Shown here piece by piece: positions 10,297 to 17,534 of a stretch of 32,000 nt of DNA. This stretch comes from Cerasibacillus terrae (GTDB lineage: Bacteria > Bacillota > Bacilli > Bacillales > Amphibacillaceae). The stretch covers positions 86,132 to 118,131 of the forward strand of contig NZ_VDUW01000004.1 in assembly GCF_008039555.1 (NCBI RefSeq), in the 5' to 3' direction. Each line of letters opens with the position of its first letter. Position 1 is the first letter of the stretch. Made by a program: the position numbers and the translations under genes. The notes beneath the pieces are model-generated. The model was given only the letters and a program-made list of their open reading frames with translations. It was not told where the DNA came from and made no database searches.

Positions 10297-10540
10297 TAAC
10301 ATTCACCTTTTATATTTTATGTATTTTTTATCTATTTTTAATTGTGTGTTGACCACGTTTTAATTACATTTATTATTTAATCCTTATATAGTATAACATT
10401 TTTCTACAAATTTTCAGGTTAAATTTCATTACAAATATATTTCACTTTGTATTGCTTTGTCACATTTTTTCAAGTTATGTAAAATTAGTGGTATTTTTAT
10501 CCATTCATGCAGTTACTTCCTTTTATGATTTTTGGCAATA

Positions 10541-10577
10541 AAAAAAGCTTAATCCAATATTGGATCAAGCTTTTTTC
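10541..10577 (-). terminator. Rho-independent terminator after cccB
   Basis: AAGCTTAATCCAA / TTGGATCAAGCTT stem with one mismatch, flanked by an A-run and a T-run, 11 nt downstream of the stop at 10588. Confidence 0.8.
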
Positions 10578-10587
10578 TTACGTATTT

Positions 10588-10938
10588 TTATTTTTTCTCT
10601 GCTAACCAATCAGCAAGTGTTTTTGCATCTTCTTCAGATACTTGTTTTTGTGCTGGCATTGAACCAGTACCTTCTTGGATGATATCCACAATTTCATCTG
10701 CACCATAAGTTGCACCTGCTTTATCTAATGCCGGACCTGATGCACCAGATAAATCTTGACCGTGGCAAGCAGCACAGTTACTTTTATAGATATCTTCACC
10801 AGCAGAAGCTGTTTCTTCTGTTGTCTCACCAGCATCATCAGTAGCTGCTCCATCATCAGACGCGTCGTCGCCGCCACCGCCACATGCTCCTAAGACAAGT
10901 GCAGAACCAAAGACTACTGCCATTAACCATTTCTTCAT
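10588..10938 (-). CDS. cccB: Lipoprotein cytochrome c-551
   Basis: Start reset to ATG 10938 ([19 protein letters not shown], lipobox LGAC), 8 nt after AGGGGGA. An acidic G/D/A/T linker precedes a single CAACH heme-c motif. It occupies the B. subtilis cccB slot upstream of ftsEX. Confidence 0.85.
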   Translation of the reverse strand: MKKWLMAVVFGSALVLGACGGGGDDASDDGAATDDAGETTEETASAGEDIYKSNCAACHGQDLSGASGPALDKAGATYGADEIVDIIQEGTGSMPAQKQVSEEDAKTLADWLAEKK

Positions 10939-11148
10939 GTTAAAAATCCCCCTAACATTTTTTACTAAATCATTCATATAATATTATAACCTATATCAAA
11001 AAAATTAAAACTAATTTACTAAGATTTTTTTAATAATTCCACTCTACCTTTATCGATAAACGTTGACATAACAACACTTGAAATAAAATGTGTCGAAATA
11101 ATGAATTTCCAAGTTTACCTCAAATAACCTATTATTTCCATTACTTTT

Positions 11149-12250
11149 TTAGTGCATTTGCTGTCTTAAATAAGCATCAATAAATGGGCTTATTTCTCCA
11201 TCGATAACACTTTGTCCGTTTCCTACTTCAACGTTTGTCCGATGGTCTTTTACCATCGTATAAGGGTGAAAAACATAAGAACGGATTTGGCTTCCCCAGC
11301 CAATTTCTTTTTGCTCTCCCCTAATTTCAGCTAATTCTTCCTGTTGTTTTTCAATTTCTAATTGATATAATTTTGATTTCAACATTTTCATTGCTGACTC
11401 ACGGTTCTTTATTTGAGAACGTTCATTTTGACAAGTTACAATTGTGTTTGTTGGTGTGTGTGTAATTCTTACAGCTGAGTCGGTTGTGTTTACATGCTGA
11501 CCGCCTGCTCCACTAGCTCGGTATGTGTCAATTTTAATTTCTTCAGATTTCACTTCAATATCGACATCACCAGTTAATTCTGGGGTAACATCACATGAAA
11601 CAAAAGAAGTATGACGGCGTCCTGAAGAATCAAACGGTGAGATTCTTACAAGGCGATGTACCCCTTTTTCTGCTTTTAAATAACCATACGCATTATGGCC
11701 TTTGACAAGTAATGTGACACTTTTTACACCTGCTTCTTCACCAGGTAAGTAGTTTAGGATATCTACTTTATACTGCATATCATCTGCCCAACGCTGATAC
11801 ATTCTTAGTAAAATACTTGCAAAATCCTGGGATTCAGTTCCACCTGCACCAGGATGTAATTCTAATATAGCATTATTTGCATCATATGGTTCACTTAATA
11901 ATAGTTCTAATTCAAAGTCATTTATCTTTTTACGAAATGGGTCCAAATCGTGGATTAATTCATCCAATAATTCTTCATCATTTTCTTCTTTAATCAATTC
12001 AAAGGATATTTCTAAATCTTCAAGGATTGTTGTAATATGTTCAAATCCTTCTAGTAAATGCTTCAATCCGTTCATTTCATTAATAACAGACTGTGCTTCT
12101 TTTTGGTTATCCCAGAAATCGGCCTCTAGCATTTCCAACTCCAACTCTTTTATTCGTTCTTTTTTTTCATCTAAGTCAAAGAGACCCCCTAAATTGCGCA
12201 ATACGCGTTTTCATTTGTTCTAATTCGCTTTTTATTTCTCCAAATTCCAT
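11149..12250 (-). CDS. prfB: Peptide chain release factor 2, made by programmed +1 frameshift
   Basis: Frame 0 runs from ATG 12250 (RBS GAGGTGG) and reads [24 protein letters not shown], then TGA at 12178-12176. The +1 frame continues from GAC 12177 through ORF 11149..12201 and carries SPF and GGQ ([11 protein letters not shown]). Confidence 0.93.
12176..12190 (-). other. RF2 autoregulatory +1 frameshift site
   Basis: The minus strand reads AGG GGG TCT CTT TGA C. This has an internal SD-like AGGGGG 3 nt before the slippery CTT and an in-frame TGA followed by C, the same layout as the classic E. coli prfB site. Confidence 0.9.
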
Positions 12251-12350
12251 TTCAAACCCACCTCAGTAATTAAAAAATTTCTTTTTCCTTTAAAAAAAAC
12301 AAGCATCAAATGGCACAGTAAGCACCACTTGACGAGAGAATCTTTATCTT

Positions 12351-14867
12351 TTATTGTCCGTGACAGTTTTTATATTTTTTACCACTTCCACATGGACATG
12401 GATCATTCCTACCTACACGATTTTTTCGTACGACTGGGCGGCGCTTCTTTTCTTTTTCATTTTGGCCACCAGAAACTGCCTGTGTATTTTTAGCAACAGC
12501 TTTTCGTTCTAAATTATCGCGTATTTGAGCTTTCATAATGTATTTTGCAACCTCATCTTCAATATTGGCAATCATTTCCTCAAACATCGAGAACCCTTCT
12601 AATTGATATTCGCGTAACGGGTCATTTTGTCCATATGCCCGCAAATGAATTCCTTGACGCAGCTGATCCATTTGGTCAATATGATCCATCCATTTCGTAT
12701 CGACAGTTCGCAATAAAATAACCTTTTCGAATTCTCGCATTTGTTCTGAGGTTAATTCTTCTTCTTTTTCATCATATTTTTTACTTGTTTTCTGCATGAT
12801 CAAGTCGATAATTTCTTCTGTATCTTTTCCTCTTATCTCATCTATTGAAATATCTTCTGCTGATAATAAATTCCCATGGGCATATTCAATAATAGTTTTT
12901 AAATCCCAATTGCTTTCATCATCATCTTGTGTATGCATATCAACAACGCGCCTGATAGACGATTGAATCATTTGTTCGATGATTTTCCTTATTTCATCAT
13001 TTTCAGCATCAATGACCTCGAAACGTTGTTTATAAATAATTTCTCTTTGTTCACGCAAAACATCATCATAAGCAAGAATGGTTTTCCTTGCATCAAAGTT
13101 ATTTCCTTCGACTCTCTTTTGTGCTGACTCTACCGCACGAGAGACCATTTTACTTTCAATTGGCTGGGAGTCATCCATCCCTAAACGATCCATCATATTT
13201 TTTAAATTATCAGAGCCAAAGCGGCGCATCAGCTCATCTTCCATTGATAAATAGAACTGTGACATACCTTCATCACCTTGACGGCCAGAACGTCCACGAA
13301 GCTGGTTATCAATCCGACGTGATTCATGCCTTTCTGTACCGATAACAGCTAGTCCACCAAGTGTTAAAACATCTTCGTCAAGCTTAATATCTGTTCCACG
13401 ACCAGCCATGTTTGTAGCAATTGTTACAGCACCTTTTTGTCCAGCATGTTCAATTATTTCTGCTTCACGAAAGTGATTTTTAGCGTTTAATACATTATGT
13501 TTAATTTTCGCCTTTTTTAAAAGGTCAGAAATAAGTTCAGAAGTCTCAACAGCTACTGTTCCCACTAAGACAGGCTGACCATTTCTATTTCTTTCTTTAA
13601 TATCCTCAACAACAGCACGGAACTTACCTTCCATCGTTTTATAAATCATATCTGGTTTATCATCACGAATGACTGGTTTGTTAGTAGGAATAGCAATAAC
13701 GTCCATATTATAAATATTACGAAATTCCTCTTCCTCTGTTTTCGCCGTACCTGTCATTCCTGCTAATTTGTTATACATTCTAAAGAAGTTTTGGAAGGTA
13801 ATCGAAGCAAGTGTCATACTTTCATTTTGTATTTCCAAACCTTCTTTTGCTTCAATTGCTTGATGCAATCCATCACTATAACGACGTCCTTCCATTTGAC
13901 GACCAGTGAACTGATCCACAATAACAACACTTCCATCATTTACAACATAATCTGTGTCTCTTTGCATCGCAACATGTGCTTTTAATGCTTGATTAATATG
14001 ATGGGTTAAGGAAACATGATTTAAATCGAATAGGTTTTCAATTGAAAAATACCGCTCTGCTTTATTAATTCCCTCTTCTGTTAGTTGTACTCCTCTTGTT
14101 TTTTCATCATATGTGTAATCTGTTTCACGTATTAATGTATTCACAAAAGCATTCGCTTGTATATATAAAGAGGTTGACTTTTCAGCAGTTCCTGAAATAA
14201 TCAATGGTGTTCTTGCCTCATCAATTAAAATGGAGTCTACCTCATCAATAATCGCAAAGTTCAATGGACGTTGTACCATTTGTTCTTTATAAAGTACCAT
14301 ATTGTCACGTAAATAGTCGAATCCAAATTCATTATTTGTACCATAGGTTATATCTGCTTGATATGCTTCCCTTTTTTCCTCTTTAGAAAGGCCATTTCCA
14401 TTTAATCCAACAGTTAAACCAAGGAACTCAAATAATTGACCCATTTCAACAGCATCACGGTCTGCTAAATAATCGTTCACCGTAATAATATGAACACCTT
14501 TACCGGATAACGCATTTAAGTAAGCTGGCATGGTCGCAGCTAATGTTTTTCCTTCCCCTGTTTTCATCTCCGCAATATTACCTTCATGCATTGCGATAGC
14601 ACCTATTAATTGAACTGGAAAAGGACGCATGTTAAGTACACGCTTAGAACCTTCACGTACAACAGCAAATGCCTCTACAAGTAATTCATCCAAGCTTTCT
14701 CCATCTGTGTAGCGGCGTTTAAATGCGTTTGTTTTTTCCTTCAATTGTTCATCTGATAGTTGTTCATATTCTGGTTCTATCGCTTCGATTTCTTGTACAA
14801 TTTTTTCTAACTTTTTTAGCTTCCTTTGGTTACCGTCACCAAATATTTTCTTTAAAAATTTGACCAT
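12351..14867 (-). CDS. secA: Preprotein translocase ATPase SecA
   Basis: ORF 12351..14888. The start is reset to ATG 14867 ([10 protein letters not shown]), 8 nt after GAGGAG. It has [28 protein letters not shown] and a C-terminal zinc finger [14 protein letters not shown]. Confidence 0.95.
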   Translation of the reverse strand: MVKFLKKIFGDGNQRKLKKLEKIVQEIEAIEPEYEQLSDEQLKEKTNAFKRRYTDGESLDELLVEAFAVVREGSKRVLNMRPFPVQLIGAIAMHEGNIAEMKTGEGKTLAATMPAYLNALSGKGVHIITVNDYLADRDAVEMGQLFEFLGLTVGLNGNGLSKEEKREAYQADITYGTNNEFGFDYLRDNMVLYKEQMVQRPLNFAIIDEVDSILIDEARTPLIISGTAEKSTSLYIQANAFVNTLIRETDYTYDEKTRGVQLTEEGINKAERYFSIENLFDLNHVSLTHHINQALKAHVAMQRDTDYVVNDGSVVIVDQFTGRQMEGRRYSDGLHQAIEAKEGLEIQNESMTLASITFQNFFRMYNKLAGMTGTAKTEEEEFRNIYNMDVIAIPTNKPVIRDDKPDMIYKTMEGKFRAVVEDIKERNRNGQPVLVGTVAVETSELISDLLKKAKIKHNVLNAKNHFREAEIIEHAGQKGAVTIATNMAGRGTDIKLDEDVLTLGGLAVIGTERHESRRIDNQLRGRSGRQGDEGMSQFYLSMEDELMRRFGSDNLKNMMDRLGMDDSQPIESKMVSRAVESAQKRVEGNNFDARKTILAYDDVLREQREIIYKQRFEVIDAENDEIRKIIEQMIQSSIRRVVDMHTQDDDESNWDLKTIIEYAHGNLLSAEDISIDEIRGKDTEEIIDLIMQKTSKKYDEKEEELTSEQMREFEKVILLRTVDTKWMDHIDQMDQLRQGIHLRAYGQNDPLREYQLEGFSMFEEMIANIEDEVAKYIMKAQIRDNLERKAVAKNTQAVSGGQNEKEKKRRPVVRKNRVGRNDPCPCGSGKKYKNCHGQ

Positions 14868-14971
14868 CCTAAACGCTCCTCTATTCAATAAATAGACTAT
14901 TCTATTCTATAAAAATCGTAAACAAATGTATATGATTATATATACTGATTAAATATAAGAATCCATATTTA

Positions 14972-15001
14972 ATCATAACATTTTTAAAGGAACTATGACA
15001 A
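14972..15001 (-). promoter_or_regulatory. Candidate sigma-A promoter for secA-prfB
   Basis: Minus strand TTGTCA (15001-14996), an 18-nt spacer, then TGtTATGAT (extended -10, hexamer 14977-14972). It lies just downstream of the terminator at 15031-15065 and about 100 nt upstream of secA. Pattern match only. Confidence 0.35.
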
Positions 15002-15030
15002 CTTCCATTAAACGTAATACATTTGAAATC

Positions 15031-15065
15031 AAAAAAGAGTAGTCTAGGGTAAACTACTCTTTTTA
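15031..15065. terminator. Bidirectional-looking rho-independent terminator with no annotated gene to terminate
   Basis: AAGAGTAGT / ACTACTCTT stem with a 9-nt loop, and A/T runs on both sides (minus strand ends ACTACTCTTTTTTGATTT). It sits 164 nt upstream of secA and about 800 nt downstream of the hpf stop, which has its own terminator. Confidence 0.75.
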
Positions 15066-15309
15066 TGTAGAAACAGCGAGGTATAACCGAGGATTATTGG
15101 AGGTTGGTGAAACGTGGAATTATATAGCTGATTGTTATTATTTAATCTCCACCACCGCTACTAATCTAATGTATTATTTTCTATTCATATTAATAAAAGC
15201 ATTCTGTTTTTGTTTTTTTATTTATCTTCCTCCCCTTTGATGTTGTATTTTATTTATAACATAAATGAGCAAAAAGTCCCAATTGTCATTTTTCAAAAAA
15301 CGCAATTTA

Positions 15310-15432
15310 TTCGACATGAAAAAACGCTTTTTCTATGCTGTTCGACATGTTTTCGGCATAGTTTCAAGTGAGTTATGTCAATTTTAGCTTTTAAATTTCA
15401 AAAATAGAAAAGTGTTCATCAATTTTCGACAT
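15310..15432 (-). promoter_or_regulatory. Cluster of three identical ATGTCGAA octamers (perfect Spo0A 0A-box cores TGTCGAA)
   Basis: TTCGACAT on the + strand at 15310-15317, 15341-15348 and 15425-15432, all in one orientation, with start-to-start spacings of 31 and 84 bp. A perfect minus-strand TTGACA (15381-15376) lies between boxes 1 and 2. Confidence 0.45.
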
Positions 15433-15460
15433 ACAATTGAAAAAATATGTACATACGTAC

Positions 15461-15610
15461 ATAAAGTGAAACTTCAATCAGTGGGGGCTTTCTTATCCCA
15501 CTGATTGTTAGTTGAACGAATCGGGCCTTTACTGGCTGTTGAGCCTCCACCTATTATTCTTGAATATCCCGAATTCTTGAAGTGGAGGTCTTACAGCCAG
15601 TTAATCTGCG
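15461..15610 (+). repeat. 150-bp structured intergenic repeat, full copy 1 of a tandem pair
   Basis: Starts ATAAAGTGAAACTT. Hairpin 1 is CAATCAGTGGG/CCCACTGATTG. Long hairpin 2 is ACTGGCTGT..CCTCCAC / GTGGAGG..ACAGCCAGT. It ends TTAATCTGCG. Confidence 0.9.
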
Positions 15611-15763
15611 ATAAAGTGAAACTTCAATCAGTGGGAGTTTTCTTCATCTCCCACTGATTGTTAGTTGAACGAATCGGGCCTTTACTGGCTGTTGAGCCTC
15701 CACCTATTATTCTTGAATATCCTAAATTCTTGATGTGGAGGTTTTACAGCCAGTTAATCTGCG
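15611..15763 (+). repeat. 150-bp structured intergenic repeat, full copy 2 (tandem)
   Basis: Head-to-tail with copy 1. Outside the hairpin-1 loop I count 4 substitutions. Hairpin 1 is lengthened by a compensated AG/CT pair (CAATCAGTGGGAG / CTCCCACTGATTG). Confidence 0.9.
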
Positions 15764-15795
15764 GTAAAGTGAAACTTCAATCAGTGGGGGCTTTC
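15764..15795 (+). repeat. Partial third unit (left end only)
   Basis: GTAAAGTGAAACTTCAATCAGTGGGGGCTTTC repeats the first about 32 nt of copy 1 and then diverges into unique sequence. Confidence 0.8.
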
Positions 15796-15816
15796 GCAGT
15801 CACGATAGAAATTCAT

Positions 15817-15857
15817 AGAAAAAAGACGGGGCACCATTTTATATAGTGTCCCGTCTT
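15817..15857 (-). terminator. Rho-independent terminator after hpf
   Basis: Minus strand AAGACGGGaCAC / GTGcCCCGTCTT (8 bp, a mismatch, then 3 bp) followed by TTTTTTC, 10 nt after the stop at 15868. Confidence 0.85.
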
Positions 15858-15867
15858 AATAATAATC

Positions 15868-16422
15868 TTACATATGTGGCTCAATTAGGCCGTAGCGACC
15901 GTCTTTACGGCGATAAACAACATTTGTATCTCCAGAATCCGCATTAGTAAATACAAAGAAGCTATGACCCAACATATCCATTTGTAAAATAGCTTCTTCG
16001 GAGTCCATCGGTTTTAAGTTAAAGCGTTTTGTACGAACAATTTCAATTTCGTCAGATTCTTCTTCTTCTTTTTCTCTTCTTTCTTTTTCAAGCTCCGCAA
16101 AAATATAACGTGGAGATCCCTCTTGGCGAAACTTGCGATTAACTTTTGTTTTATGTTTGCGAATTTGTCTCTCTAGTTTATCTACAACTAAATCAATTGC
16201 AGCATATAAATCCGCATGTTCTTCTTCAGCGCGTAAAAGTAAGTTTGTCATTGGAATAGTAACTTCAATTGTTTGTGCATCATTATAGACACTTAAGTTC
16301 ACATGAACATCTGAGGTTGGTGGAGTATCAAAATATCTTTCCAATTTATTAATTTTCTTTTCCACATATTCACGAATAGCCCCTGTTACCTCAATGTTTT
16401 CACCACGAATAATATAATTCAT
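15868..16422 (-). CDS. hpf: Long-form ribosome hibernation promoting factor (YvyD/HPF)
   Basis: 184 aa, MNYIIRGENIEVTGAIREYVEKKINKLERYF, with an acidic linker and a C-terminal dimerisation domain (SEEAILQMDMLGHSFFVFTN..VVYRRKDGRYGLIEP). RBS GGGGGA 8 nt upstream. Lies between fliT and secA as in B. subtilis. Confidence 0.93.
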   Translation of the reverse strand: MNYIIRGENIEVTGAIREYVEKKINKLERYFDTPPTSDVHVNLSVYNDAQTIEVTIPMTNLLLRAEEEHADLYAAIDLVVDKLERQIRKHKTKVNRKFRQEGSPRYIFAELEKERREKEEEESDEIEIVRTKRFNLKPMDSEEAILQMDMLGHSFFVFTNADSGDTNVVYRRKDGRYGLIEPHM

Positions 16423-16475
16423 GAAAGTGTCCCCCTTTAAATTCTATTATGACTCTATGTTTCTAGTATACTATG

Positions 16476-16501
16476 TTTCCCCTTAAAAATCTTGCTTAAA
16501 C
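16476..16501 (-). promoter_or_regulatory. Sigma-B-type promoter upstream of hpf
   Basis: Minus strand GTTTAA (16501-16496), a 14-nt spacer, then GGGAAA (16481-16476). This matches GTTTAA-N12-15-GGGWAW and lies about 55 nt upstream of the hpf ATG. B. subtilis yvyD is a known SigB regulon member. Confidence 0.65.
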
Positions 16502-16580
16502 CACTTTTTTCATAAAGCTGGCACATTTGTTAGTATTTTTATATTCTTTTTTTATGCAGAACTTTTCAACTATTATTCCA

Positions 16581-16731
16581 ATAAAATGAAACTTCAATCA
16601 GTGGGAGTTTTCTTCATCTCCCACTGATTGTTAGTTGAACGAATCGGGCCTTTTACTGGCTGTTGACCCTCCACTTATAATTCTTGAGCTCCAATTCTTT
16701 ATGTGGATCTCTTATAGCCAGTTAATACGCG
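16581..16731 (+). repeat. 150-bp structured intergenic repeat, full copy 3 (more diverged)
   Basis: Hairpin 1 including its loop is identical to copy 2. The second half is diverged, with one stem change giving a G-U pair only in + strand RNA (CTGT / ATAG). It is followed by a degenerate left-end motif ATAAAAGCAACTTT and sits between the fliT stop and the hpf promoter. Confidence 0.88.
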
Positions 16732-16754
16732 ATAAAAGCAACTTTTTATATGGC

Positions 16755-17108
16755 TTACTTTTTCTTATCCATAAACATACCATCCATTGTCTGTACATCG
16801 CGATATGGATTGATGTAGGATTGTGTTGATTTCCTTTGCTGCTTCATTTGTTGCATTTCCTGTTTTAATTCAGTGAACAAGGCATTCATTTTTGCTTCCA
16901 TTTTTTTGTTTAGTTGGACAATTTCTCTACCAATTGTTTTTTCTGATTCTGTATAAGGGGGTTGAATGAATTGTAAATATTCGCCCCTTTTTTCTATAAG
17001 GCTTGAAATTTGCTCAATCATTTGCTGACGTTCTATTGTTGTATCTTGGCCTTCTAATAATTTATTTATTTCTATTGTTATTTGATAGATTTTTTTTAGT
17101 GTTTCCAT
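16755..17108 (-). CDS. fliT: Flagellar export chaperone FliT
   Basis: 117-aa helical protein directly after fliS, with TAATG stop/start overlap at 17108. It matches B. subtilis FliT in size and position. The call rests on synteny more than on motifs. Confidence 0.75.
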   Translation of the reverse strand: METLKKIYQITIEINKLLEGQDTTIERQQMIEQISSLIEKRGEYLQFIQPPYTESEKTIGREIVQLNKKMEAKMNALFTELKQEMQQMKQQRKSTQSYINPYRDVQTMDGMFMDKKK

Positions 17109-17506
17109 TATCCATTTGACCTTTTCGGTTCATGATGCTTCGCCTTTTGTAATACTTGTTTCCAAGTATCACGAAACTCTACTACAAATTCATGAACTTC
17201 TTCTAAATATGCTATCTCATTAGACGTATTTGCTTCTGTTAATCGTCTGTACATATAATCGTAAAGGGGCATGATTTGTTTTGATAGTTCTACATTCGGA
17301 TCAAGTGTTACCATCAGTTCTTGAATAATACGTTGAGCTTTTTGTATATTTGTATTTTTGTTCTCATAATTATTTTCTTCCATATCTTTCATCGCACGTT
17401 TGATGAACTTCACACACCCGTTATAAAGCATGAGTGTTAGTTCACCACCTGAAGCTGTTTGAACGGCATTGTTCTGATATGCTTGGTAGGCTTTATTCGG
17501 AATCAT
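17108..17506 (-). CDS. fliS: Flagellin-specific chaperone FliS
   Basis: ORF 17108..17548. The start is reset to ATG 17506 (MIPNKAYQAYQNNAVQTASGGELTLMLY), 6 nt after AGGAGGA, giving 132 aa. Confidence 0.9.
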   Translation of the reverse strand: MIPNKAYQAYQNNAVQTASGGELTLMLYNGCVKFIKRAMKDMEENNYENKNTNIQKAQRIIQELMVTLDPNVELSKQIMPLYDYMYRRLTEANTSNEIAYLEEVHEFVVEFRDTWKQVLQKAKHHEPKRSNG

Positions 17507-17534
17507 CCTACATCCTCCTAAAATTGTCTTAAAT

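Noticed and set aside
11060-11100. Weak hairpin CGACAC/GTGTTG after prfB, and a single TGTCGAA box at about 11088
   Set aside because: The stem is only 6 bp with a G-U pair and a poor U-tract. A single 0A-box match is expected by chance at this base composition.
12927-13985. + strand ORFs antisense to secA; similar shadow ORFs lie in ftsX, fliD, yviE, flgK, flgM, comFA and degV
   Set aside because: All sit inside strongly supported genes on the other strand or frame, lack an RBS, and encode low-complexity peptides.
15225-15260. C-rich CCCCUUUG motif on the + strand resembling the C-rich regions of RsaE/RoxS sRNAs
   Set aside because: There is only one such motif, no flanking promoter or downstream terminator on the + strand, and the surrounding sequence does not resemble RsaE as I remember it.
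15222-15432. Three tiny minus-strand ORFs that all begin ATG-TCG-AA (MSKIDEHFSIFEI, MSNSIEKAFFHVE, and a 31-aa MSNKLRFLKNDNWDF...)
   Set aside because: None has a Shine-Dalgarno sequence, and the peptides share nothing beyond the first two or three residues. The shared octamer is better read as a DNA motif (0A box).
15461-15795. Possible CRISPR array, because of regularly repeated sequence
   Set aside because: The units are about 150 bp and directly abutting with no unique spacers. There are only 2.2 copies, no cas genes, and related copies are dispersed singly.
15658-15846. 62-aa + strand ORF, and a similar roughly 50-codon frame in copy 1, running through the tandem repeats
   Set aside because: It starts at TTG with no SD and lies wholly in the repeat. 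Of the 4 substitutions between copies 1 and 2 in this frame, 3 are non-synonymous. The conserved features are RNA/DNA stems. One length difference from copy 3 is a multiple of 3, which I treat as coincidence.
16635-16829. 64-aa + strand ORF starting in repeat copy 3 and running antisense into fliT
   Set aside because: Same repeat-derived frame with no RBS. Its 3' half overlaps the well-supported fliT gene on the opposite strand.
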